IMG/VR virus record: IMGVR_UViG_3300009103_000007
Span: 1-64,000 of that record
From: a virus
Direction: 5' to 3' (one strand)
Length of the DNA stretch: 64,000 nucleotides
This document shows, one piece after another, positions 55,491-64,000 of the stretch. A model generated the notes under the pieces. It was not told where the DNA came from and ran no database searches. It saw only the letters and a program-made list of their open reading frames with translations. The first letter of the stretch is position 1, and every line of letters begins with the position of its first letter. Made by a program: the position numbers and the translations under genes.

Positions 55491-57302
55491 ATGGTCAAAA
55501 AAGTAATGCCCATAGATTATACTAGTAGGGATTTCGACTCAATACGCCAAGACTTGGTGAGTTATGTAAAAAGGTATTATCCAAACACCTACAAAGACTT
55601 TAATGAGGCCTCTTTCGGGGCCCTTATGTTGGATGTCGTTTCATTAATTGGAGATAATTTATCATTTTATCTTGATTACAACTCAAATGAGTCATTTATG
55701 CAAACTAGTTTGGAATATGAAAATGTTTTGATGCACGCAAAACAACTAGGATATAAATATGTACCAGCTAGGAGTTCCGTCGGAGAAGTGGACATTTATA
55801 TACCAGTACCTGCAGATTCAGTTACAGTGAAGCCTGATATAAAGTATTTGCCAAAATTATTAAAAGGAACTACTTTCTCTACCCCTGGTGGAAAAGTGTT
55901 TACGTTGAATGAGAATGTGGATTTTTATTCGGAAAATATAGAAGTTGTCGGAGATCAAGTATCTTCGGAACAGGCAGATAGAATCGAGTGGTATATTTTG
56001 AAAGTTACTGCGCGCGTTGTCTCCGGCGAAGAGAGCGAGGCAGTTGTAGAGATTGGGGACTTTCAAAGATTCTTAAAAGTGGAGGTACCGAGCCTTACTG
56101 TGGGAGAAATCGTTAGAGTTGTCGATTACGACAACAATGAATATTATGAGGTTGATTATTTGACACAAAATGTGGTAACTAGATTAATACAAAGTTCTGA
56201 AGAGAAGCCAAACGAGCAGGTGAACTCTATATTAAAAAAGTACCCCGTTGCGCGCCGCTTTGTAGTTGAAAGGGACGGAAACAGGACCTTTTTGGTGTTC
56301 GGCTATGGATCAGAAAAGGATTTAAAAACGAACAAAATTGCAGACCCAAGCGAAGTGGCAATGAAAATAAGTGGAAAGAATTACGTTTCAGATGCAACTT
56401 TTGATCCGACCATGATGGTATCTTCTGACAAATTTGGTGTATCTCCCGTAAATACAACTCTGACAATTAGATACAGATATAACACACATGACAATGCTAA
56501 TACTGCGGTTGGAACCATAACTGATGTAAGAGACGCGTTAATAGAATTTAGAAATAGGCAAAATTTAGAAGACTCAAAAGTGCAATACATAACAAACAAT
56601 ATACAAGTTTACAACGAACTGCCTGTTAACGGGGATATAACAGTGCCAACAACGGAAGAAATTAAACAAAGATCTGCAGCATATTTTGCAACTCAAGGAA
56701 GAGCAGTCACAAAACAGGATTATATCAGTGCTGCTTACGCTATGCCATCCCAGCTTGGGTCGGTTAAGCGTTGTACAATCTCTAGAGATAAAGATGATTT
56801 TAGAAGAAATTTAAATTTACACATGATATCAGAAGGGTCCGATGGAGATTTGGAAAGAGCTAGTGATGCCTTAAAGAAAAATCTTCGTACGTGGCTTAAT
56901 TCTGTGCGGATGGTATCTGATAGTATAGATATTTACGATGCTGTATTGGTTAACTTGGCTATTGAATTTGATGTCATAGCTCAAGATAACGTAAACAAAA
57001 ATCAAGTATTTTCACGCGCGCGCCAAGCAATCTTTGAAAAACTAACAGAAACAATGCCGGAATTGGGCGAGCCATTTTATATATCAGAGGTGTTTAAGAT
57101 ATTGAAAGATGTGGAGGAAGTCCTTGATGTGATAAATGTAAAGGTCGTTTCTATTGATCCGACTGGCAATACAAATTATAGATCAGATATATTATATGAT
57201 ATTGAGAACAACATATCTCCCGAAGGGCGCGCCATATATTTTCCACACAATTATATATGGGAAATTAAGTATGTAGGCGACGTGAGAGGCACCGTTAGAT
57301 AA
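55491..57302 (+). CDS. Baseplate wedge protein (T4 gp6 / baseplate J-like)
   Basis: DYTSRDFDSIR, YKDFNEASFG, QGRAVTKQDY. Confidence 0.88.
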   Translation: MVKKVMPIDYTSRDFDSIRQDLVSYVKRYYPNTYKDFNEASFGALMLDVVSLIGDNLSFYLDYNSNESFMQTSLEYENVLMHAKQLGYKYVPARSSVGEVDIYIPVPADSVTVKPDIKYLPKLLKGTTFSTPGGKVFTLNENVDFYSENIEVVGDQVSSEQADRIEWYILKVTARVVSGEESEAVVEIGDFQRFLKVEVPSLTVGEIVRVVDYDNNEYYEVDYLTQNVVTRLIQSSEEKPNEQVNSILKKYPVARRFVVERDGNRTFLVFGYGSEKDLKTNKIADPSEVAMKISGKNYVSDATFDPTMMVSSDKFGVSPVNTTLTIRYRYNTHDNANTAVGTITDVRDALIEFRNRQNLEDSKVQYITNNIQVYNELPVNGDITVPTTEEIKQRSAAYFATQGRAVTKQDYISAAYAMPSQLGSVKRCTISRDKDDFRRNLNLHMISEGSDGDLERASDALKKNLRTWLNSVRMVSDSIDIYDAVLVNLAIEFDVIAQDNVNKNQVFSRARQAIFEKLTETMPELGEPFYISEVFKILKDVEEVLDVINVKVVSIDPTGNTNYRSDILYDIENNISPEGRAIYFPHNYIWEIKYVGDVRGTVR

Positions 57303-59965
57303 TGGCCGTAAAAAGATATACTGCAAGCAAAGACAATACTGTTACGAATTCCTATAAATTTAATTTAACTTCGAGGGCTTATAGCTCGAATATGGGGAGT
57401 TCTGATATAATGGAGATATATTCCATATTTGGGCAGGCCAACTCTTCTTCATTGGAAAAAACACGTATTTTGGTAGACTTCCCCATAGAAGAGATACACA
57501 AAGATCGCTTAGCCTCCACAATACCGCGTTCCGGATCGGTTAAGTTTTACATGGTGTTGACGAATGCTGAACATGGCCAAAGCACACCAGAAAAATATAC
57601 AATTTCAGCAATTCCGATTTTAAGAGAGTGGGATGAGGGATACGGCCTTGACATGGAGTCTTTTTTAGATGAGGGAGCAAGCAACTGGCTTTCAGCTAGT
57701 GACGGCAATCTGTGGCACACACAGGGGGGAGACTACAGAGACTACCATATTAATCCATACACAGCAGTGCCAAACGAATATACGCAGTATTTAAAATCCG
57801 GTATCGAAAATATAGAGATGGATGTAACCCACATAGTGGAAGAATGGATCTCTGGGCAAGCAAATGATATGCCAAGTGCTACATCAAAAATTGTTTTTAC
57901 TAATGATATCAGTAGGTTCTCTGGATCAACGTTAACACTTTATTCTCACGAAGGCCAGCAGGGTATCTTTAAATTTACTCGCGGAAATGGCGGAACTACC
58001 GTTTCAGCTGGCGAGCCTACCGGCTCATCAGGAAATACTCACTATGTCCCCACAGGATCTAACGTTTCGGAATTAATAACGAACTTATATGATTCTGTGG
58101 TATCAGCTTTTTCTAGTAAAATATACGGACAAGTAGAGACAGGAAACAGATCGATGGAACTCACACAATCTTCAGGTGGGTTTTTTGGAAACACTGTCAT
58201 AACTGCATCCGTTCATCAAACTAGCTCAATTACAATTTCAGCTGGCAATATAGCGGATGGTGATAGGTTTGAAATAAGATTTGCCGGCTTGAACCTTACT
58301 AGTAAGTTTTATTCATTTACAGCTTCTGGCGACGCCGGCACATACAATTTTGATAAAGGCGCCTCAAACGTGGCCGCAGCAACAAATCTATATACGAAGA
58401 TAAAGAGCACCGCAGAAGTTGCTAACTATATGGAGCCATCCAACCCATCGAACGGTGTAGTGGTGTTAAAAATGTTTAAACCAGGCCCAGTTTACGGATC
58501 CGGTAGCGTATCATTTAGGTTGAGATCCGGTGGCACAATCCCTGCCTCGCGCGTAGAGATAAACGGAATTAGTAATGAGGTCGATTCAAATATTAATCAG
58601 ATCAATTTTAATCCACCGAGTATATATCAAAGTCTGCCGCCGGTATTTACTGGTGGTGAATCAGCGCCATCTAATGGACTTCTTTTAAAGCTATCTGGAT
58701 CTTATGAAGCGGGGTCGCTAAAGAGATCTTTTTATACGAAGAAATTTTTTGCAAGAGGTTCTCAGTATTTCTTTCACAGGCCTAGACTTGAAGCGCGCTG
58801 GGATTCGTCCATGAAAGATGATAGGGGTTCTGTGTATAAATCAAGCAGTCTGGCAGAAGAAGCTGATAATTTGAATTCGATTTTCCTGTATAATAGACAA
58901 AGGGGTGGTTTGACTGACCTTCCAAATACTTCCTCTTATCTGCTTGCGCAATTGGTAACATCTTCTACGGGAGGCACTCCTGAAACTCTCAGTAAAGGAG
59001 GAGGAGTTTCTCCTGGCGCTTTAACATATATAACTGCAAGCAGGATGGATAAGGGTGTATATCGAGCACAGTTTGCATATCCTGGGAATTCAGCGACGTT
59101 ATATGATATGTGGTACCGCGGCGAAAAGAAAACAAAAGCAACAGCAACACTTTCTGTGACAGAGTCTCCAACGGCCGGGAACACAATAACCATAATAGAC
59201 AACAGCGAAACACCAGTAAGTAAAACATATATTGCCCATCAGGATGGCAGCCTTTCTGATCTTCATTTTGATGTTGATGGCAGCCAGCAGACTGTAGCTT
59301 TGGCGATTAAAGCAGCGATCGAATCTTCGGGAGGCCACAACGGCACAATACTTGTTTCAGATCCCGTCAACACAACGGGTAATACTTGGGCAATTACTCT
59401 AACTCAGAATGTCGAGGGCCCTACCGGAAATACAACAATTACAAGCAACGTGACAAATCTTGATGCCGGCTCAGGAGTCGCAAAGAACGGCGAATTTTCT
59501 GGGGGAGCGGTTCCGATAACTGCACTTGGGATAACTGGATCTCCGTTTACCATAAGAAAAATGGAGCACGATTTTTACCACCATACACCCTCATACTTGA
59601 CAAAGATAATAAACCTCAAACCGTCTTACAACAGCAACGAGAGGGTAACTTTTAGAGTTTTTACGAGAGATAAAAATTGGGCACCCAACGTTTACAGCAA
59701 AGCAACAAACAAAGTCCCAATTTCCAATATTAGAGACGGGTATTATAAACTTAAGAGAGTGGCTGATGACTTGACAGTAATACCATACTCTACGGGAAGT
59801 GTGCCTAGTTATTCTTCCATGTCTTATGATTTGAGTGGTAGTTATTTTGATTTAGATATGTCTTTATTGGAGTCTGGATATCTTTACGAAATTAGTTTCC
59901 TTTACAGGTTCGGTGGAGATTATGTTGAACAAAAGGAAAAATTTAAGTTCAGAGTAGAAGCATGA
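57302..59965 (+). CDS. Baseplate/tail-associated structural protein
   Basis: 887 aa, S/T/G-rich beta segments, coupled to the gp6-like gene. Confidence 0.6.
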   Translation: MAVKRYTASKDNTVTNSYKFNLTSRAYSSNMGSSDIMEIYSIFGQANSSSLEKTRILVDFPIEEIHKDRLASTIPRSGSVKFYMVLTNAEHGQSTPEKYTISAIPILREWDEGYGLDMESFLDEGASNWLSASDGNLWHTQGGDYRDYHINPYTAVPNEYTQYLKSGIENIEMDVTHIVEEWISGQANDMPSATSKIVFTNDISRFSGSTLTLYSHEGQQGIFKFTRGNGGTTVSAGEPTGSSGNTHYVPTGSNVSELITNLYDSVVSAFSSKIYGQVETGNRSMELTQSSGGFFGNTVITASVHQTSSITISAGNIADGDRFEIRFAGLNLTSKFYSFTASGDAGTYNFDKGASNVAAATNLYTKIKSTAEVANYMEPSNPSNGVVVLKMFKPGPVYGSGSVSFRLRSGGTIPASRVEINGISNEVDSNINQINFNPPSIYQSLPPVFTGGESAPSNGLLLKLSGSYEAGSLKRSFYTKKFFARGSQYFFHRPRLEARWDSSMKDDRGSVYKSSSLAEEADNLNSIFLYNRQRGGLTDLPNTSSYLLAQLVTSSTGGTPETLSKGGGVSPGALTYITASRMDKGVYRAQFAYPGNSATLYDMWYRGEKKTKATATLSVTESPTAGNTITIIDNSETPVSKTYIAHQDGSLSDLHFDVDGSQQTVALAIKAAIESSGGHNGTILVSDPVNTTGNTWAITLTQNVEGPTGNTTITSNVTNLDAGSGVAKNGEFSGGAVPITALGITGSPFTIRKMEHDFYHHTPSYLTKIINLKPSYNSNERVTFRVFTRDKNWAPNVYSKATNKVPISNIRDGYYKLKRVADDLTVIPYSTGSVPSYSSMSYDLSGSYFDLDMSLLESGYLYEISFLYRFGGDYVEQKEKFKFRVEA

Positions 59966-62900
59966 CAAATTATAGAGATAAATATCGGAATCGCCCATCC
60001 CGCAAACTTACTGAATTTGATTCAACCGAAAGGAAGAATATTTTTTTCAATAAGCGAGGAGAAAACATACTCGCCAATAAAGATATTGATGATATAACAC
60101 CACTGGATGCTGAATCTGAAAGATTTATAAGAGCGTTCATTAAGAAAAAGACAAGATATGTTCCAGAAATGGATCATAACGATCCATCGACGTTTGCTTT
60201 TTATGGCTCGGCCGAAAAATATTATGAAGACTCAATTTCTCGCATATATGATACATATCCATATGATGGGTCCAAAGCAGAACGTTTAGAATGGTTCTTA
60301 AGCTCTTCTTATTTAGACATTTATATGTTTGAGCACGAGTACCCAAAGAGTACCGGATATGTTAAACTTTCTCCTGAAGGTTGGGGGTTGAAGGAGGCGT
60401 CTGATAGTAAGTATGGAAAGCCTGCTAATCTGCAATATATATATTTTAACGGCGGCCCACACAAAAACAACATATATAATGCTGCTAAAAATAGAGAAAG
60501 TAATTTAAAAATTGATGGAGCAAAAGGAAACACTGTAGAATTTTGGCTAAAAAAGAAAGCGTACGTATCTTCCACATTGACAACGCGGGAAGTGTTGTTC
60601 GATGTGCACGCCAGTAGAATTACCGCCTCTACTGACAATGATTATGCACGCTTTAGAGTAGAGCTTGATCAATCTGTTACTTCGGGTAGTCCTTTTCGGG
60701 TTACTTATTTGTCTGGAGCAGTAGGGTTCGATTCGGAACTTATTGGCAAGAATATCACCAAGGCCTCGGTGGCTGATGATTCTTGGCACCACTATGCTAT
60801 AACGGTCAAGCACTCTGGATCTTCTGGCCTGTGCGCCAAGCTTTATGTCGACGGCGCGCTCGAAGATGTGAAAAAGCAAGAAATAACTTCTTTTGGATCC
60901 GTGGATCGCCATCTTGTGGGCACCGTTGGTGCTTTGGTTGCTGAAGATGGCACCGCCGGCGGCCTTGGATGGGGGAAGTTATCCGGATCACTAGACGAAT
61001 TTAGGTATTGGAAAGAAGAAAGGTCCTCGAAACAGATAGGCAGATATTGGTATAGCCCCGTAGCTGGAGGAACAGACAAAGATCACTCCAACGCTTCCTT
61101 GGGTTTATACTATAAGTTCAACGAAGGTCTTACATCACCTATCCGCGACAGGACAATATTAGATTATTCCGGCCGGATTTCTAATGGTAAGTTTGTTGGC
61201 TATACTTCGTCTTGCAGATCCACATCTTCAGCAATAACTGAAGCTTCAGTTATATCCGAATCTGGCTTTGTGGAAAAGGGCGACCCAATCGTTAACAAAG
61301 AAAACACACAAGTTATAGCACTGCAAGAGAATTACTCTAAAAAAGGCAGTTCACATGATAGATCAAACCTCTCTTCGATGCAGAATACTATACCCGCCTA
61401 CATTACTGAATCCGGCGGTCCATTGTTCCAGGAATTGCTGCAGGTTGTATCCTCTGCTTTTGACGATATTTATATAAAAATAAAACTTTTACCAAAAATA
61501 AAAGATTACACTTATCATGACTTTTTTAACAAAAAGGGCACATCTAAGGTATTAAGGGACAACAACTTTTTACTTGGATGTGAATCTTCTGAGGATTTCG
61601 AATTTGTTGGCAGCCATATAAAACCATGGATAAGCTACATCTTGGAACATTTTGGGCTTGTTTCTAGAAATGTTTTTGCAAATGTTGAAGTATTTGAACA
61701 TTTTTCTAATAGAGCCGAGAAAGTCACTTACGAGCAGCAGCTTCATGAAGTAAAGAATGTAATTTTATCCAACATACACAGAAACCTCCCACTCTTGTAT
61801 AAAACAAAAGGAACGGAACAATCCTTCAGGAACTTGATAAGGTGCTTTGGTGTGGATGATGAGTTGGTGCGACTTAATGTTTACGCTAATAACGAAGAGT
61901 ACAAAATAAGTAACAATGCTACGTATTCTATTTTGAAACCCAAGAGTGTCGACTTCACAGATAAGGATTACTTGGGTACCATTTATCCTATTGCTGCCGC
62001 AAGTGACGAGAGAAGCTATATAACTGCCTCCTCTGGACAGATTCCAATCACCGTGGAGGGTAATTTTATTTTTCAAGAAGGCAAAGACGAAACTCAAAGC
62101 TTTGAAAAGACCTCCCTATTTGGAATGTATTCGGTAGAAGGAAAACAAACATCCAGCGATTTATCTTGGGCCAGCCCATCGTCTGGCTCATTTCAGGTAT
62201 ATGCAAGCAAATATAAAAAGCACGGAAACCGCGCTCAATTTGTTCTAGAGAGCGCTTCAGATTTATTTGAAACGGTAACTTCTTCATATTTTCCAGATGT
62301 TTATGATGGTAGTCATTGGAATATCTCTGTTAGGATGGGGAAATACTCCGATTTAAAATATGATGTTGCTGCTAGTTCATCGGTAGGTACACACGCTGTT
62401 GAATTTGCGGGATACAATTACGATCTAGACGTTCTTAAACATAGTTTTTACGTTACAAAAAGCATTGCAGCAACAGATTATGAGGCTTTCTGCAAAAGCA
62501 ACATGGCGCCATATCTTGGAGCCCAGAGAACAAACTTTTCTGGATCGAGTATCACCCCGGCTGATTCCCGTGCCCTCTCGTTTAATGTTTGGCACGACAA
62601 GCTGTCGGAACTTGAACTGAAGGAGCATGCGAAAAATCCACTGTCTTATGGCCGACAGGACCCACAGTTCGTTTCTAATTTTGATGTTGGTAAGAACCTC
62701 TCAGGTCAAGATTCTTTAGTCCTTAGGTGGCAATTTTCAGACATTACAGCATCTTCTGGCAATGGTGAATTATCTGTGGTGGATTATACCAGCGGGTCAT
62801 TATATAGATCGACAAGTGCCGGGTATAAATATCCTGGTAAGGGATTTGGTTTTGCATCCACGACAGGCTCCATAAGACAAGAATTCCTTCCAGTAACAAA

Positions 62901-64000
62901 ATATGCAGGAATAGATAACGTCTACACTAGCGATAGGGTTAAAATAAGAACTATTGATTCTACTGCTTACGAGGCAGACTCTAGACCAATTACTTATTAT
63001 TTTACATTTGAGAAGAGCATGTATCAGGCGATATCAGAGGAGATGATGAATTTCTTTTCTGGAGTTAAGGGTCTGAACAATTTGTTGGGCGACCCTATCA
63101 ACAAATATAGGGAAAACTACAAACTTCTTGGAAAGCTTAGGCAAAGATTTTTTGAAAAAGTTGAATCGGATATTGAGTTTGAAAGATATATTCAATATTA
63201 CAGATGGATAGATGATTCTTTATCAAATTTCTTAAATCAGCTTACACCATTATCGTCCGAGTTTTCGGACAGAATAAGAGATATTGTAGAGAGTCATGTT
63301 CTGGAGAGAAACAAATACCAACACAAATTTCCAACCTTAGAACCAAAAGATGGAGATTTAGAAGCTCATGTTATGGGTATCAACGAACTATTATATGATT
63401 GGGAATTCGGACATGCACCCCCAGTAGATACCGATAAGGTTATAACACACAGACCGCTCATAAAAGCTGTTTATTTTCCGGGGGGATTCAATGCCAACCC
63501 AGGCGGCGATGATGAATTAATAATTGATAAAATTAGCAAATCACTATCTTTTAATAATGCCCCGATAGCTCGCAACAGCCCAAGTACAATATCTAGTTAT
63601 TCACTAGCGGGCACAGAATTTATAGTAGGCAATAGCCCGTCCGGAGACTGGTCAGGCCAAGCTGGAAAGCTAGCAACTTGGGATGCAGAAAATTCTGAAT
63701 GGGATTTTTCCGTGAACCCATATGGTGAGAATCCTGGATACAACGCGTTCACTATAAGTGCGTGGATAAATATTTCTTCATATCATGGAAACAACGCATC
63801 CGACAAGAGGATAATATTAGAGAAGAGTTACGAATATAAATTAGCAATGGATTACAAGCTTTCCAGCGGCAATAATGTTCCGGACAAGTTGCAATTTTTC
63901 ATATACGACCAGGGCACAAATGGTTACAGCAGCACCAATCGTATGCAGTTGCTATCATCGACTGCAGCTGCCACAATGACTGATCATGAATTTCATCATG
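59962..64000 (+). CDS. Large LamG/concanavalin-domain structural protein (3'-truncated by the window edge)
   Basis: ATG 59962 overlaps the upstream TGA. Frame reads as coding wherever checked, through to the end (WHHYAIT, LYVDG, SLDEFRYW, final HEFHH). Absent from the track because no stop lies in the window. Confidence 0.75.
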   Translation, partial: MTNYRDKYRNRPSRKLTEFDSTERKNIFFNKRGENILANKDIDDITPLDAESERFIRAFIKKKTRYVPEMDHNDPSTFAFYGSAEKYYEDSISRIYDTYPYDGSKAERLEWFLSSSYLDIYMFEHEYPKSTGYVKLSPEGWGLKEASDSKYGKPANLQYIYFNGGPHKNNIYNAAKNRESNLKIDGAKGNTVEFWLKKKAYVSSTLTTREVLFDVHASRITASTDNDYARFRVELDQSVTSGSPFRVTYLSGAVGFDSELIGKNITKASVADDSWHHYAITVKHSGSSGLCAKLYVDGALEDVKKQEITSFGSVDRHLVGTVGALVAEDGTAGGLGWGKLSGSLDEFRYWKEERSSKQIGRYWYSPVAGGTDKDHSNASLGLYYKFNEGLTSPIRDRTILDYSGRISNGKFVGYTSSCRSTSSAITEASVISESGFVEKGDPIVNKENTQVIALQENYSKKGSSHDRSNLSSMQNTIPAYITESGGPLFQELLQVVSSAFDDIYIKIKLLPKIKDYTYHDFFNKKGTSKVLRDNNFLLGCESSEDFEFVGSHIKPWISYILEHFGLVSRNVFANVEVFEHFSNRAEKVTYEQQLHEVKNVILSNIHRNLPLLYKTKGTEQSFRNLIRCFGVDDELVRLNVYANNEEYKISNNATYSILKPKSVDFTDKDYLGTIYPIAAASDERSYITASSGQIPITVEGNFIFQEGKDETQSFEKTSLFGMYSVEGKQTSSDLSWASPSSGSFQVYASKYKKHGNRAQFVLESASDLFETVTSSYFPDVYDGSHWNISVRMGKYSDLKYDVAASSSVGTHAVEFAGYNYDLDVLKHSFYVTKSIAATDYEAFCKSNMAPYLGAQRTNFSGSSITPADSRALSFNVWHDKLSELELKEHAKNPLSYGRQDPQFVSNFDVGKNLSGQDSLVLRWQFSDITASSGNGELSVVDYTSGSLYRSTSAGYKYPGKGFGFASTTGSIRQEFLPVTKYAGIDNVYTSDRVKIRTIDSTAYEADSRPITYYFTFEKSMYQAISEEMMNFFSGVKGLNNLLGDPINKYRENYKLLGKLRQRFFEKVESDIEFERYIQYYRWIDDSLSNFLNQLTPLSSEFSDRIRDIVESHVLERNKYQHKFPTLEPKDGDLEAHVMGINELLYDWEFGHAPPVDTDKVITHRPLIKAVYFPGGFNANPGGDDELIIDKISKSLSFNNAPIARNSPSTISSYSLAGTEFIVGNSPSGDWSGQAGKLATWDAENSEWDFSVNPYGENPGYNAFTISAWINISSYHGNNASDKRIILEKSYEYKLAMDYKLSSGNNVPDKLQFFIYDQGTNGYSSTNRMQLLSSTAAATMTDHEFHH

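Noticed and set aside
1-64000. Stop-codon reassignment
   Set aside because: Conserved genes are full length in the standard code and end in TAA, TAG or TGA at the expected positions.
1-64000. Bacterial chromosome origin (dnaK, tilS, clpP, ssrA, neu genes)
   Set aside because: Baseplate genes, near-uniform strand, many novel ORFs and absence of bacterial operon context (no dnaJ/grpE, smpB, clpX) indicate a phage.

Overview
This is a 64 kb segment of a large tailed dsDNA phage (myovirus-like, probably jumbo-size), not a bacterial chromosome. It is densely coded in standard code, and all credible genes but one are on the + strand. Host is probably a diderm bacterium (MepA-like enzyme, outer-membrane beta-barrel, Fis-like HTH). 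Modules, left to right: (1) 0.2-20.6 kb, mostly novel proteins, many sharing N-terminal leader peptides that end in L/I-x-E (candidate head-packaged cargo), including several peptidoglycan-active enzymes, a tmRNA and dnaK; (2) 20.8-26.9 kb, tilS plus a CAU tRNA (probably Ile2), a ClpP-like protease, a trypsin-like protease, PIN-PhoH and a PD-(D/E)XK nuclease; (3) 26.9-38.2 kb, a glycosylation and nonulosonic-acid cluster with two NeuB-family synthases; (4) 38.9-64 kb, a phage sigma-like factor, a 4299-aa giant protein and baseplate genes (gp25-like, gp6/J-like, a LamG protein running off the end). Best discovery candidate: directly downstream of the tmRNA, five copies of a repeat of up to 52 bp separate single-gene cassettes. 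Each copy has a tmRNA 3' end (T-loop remnant, CCCGC-CACCTCC-ACCA) and a T-tract. Four carry a putative late-promoter motif (ACTA-N-TTA), and three run on into a shared coding leader (MKLIMENW). This looks like a tmRNA-anchored, integron-like array that gives captured genes a promoter and a possible virion-packaging tag. Also, G1 of the tmRNA is the last base of the upstream gene's UAG stop codon. All functional calls come from motif recognition by eye; no searches were run.
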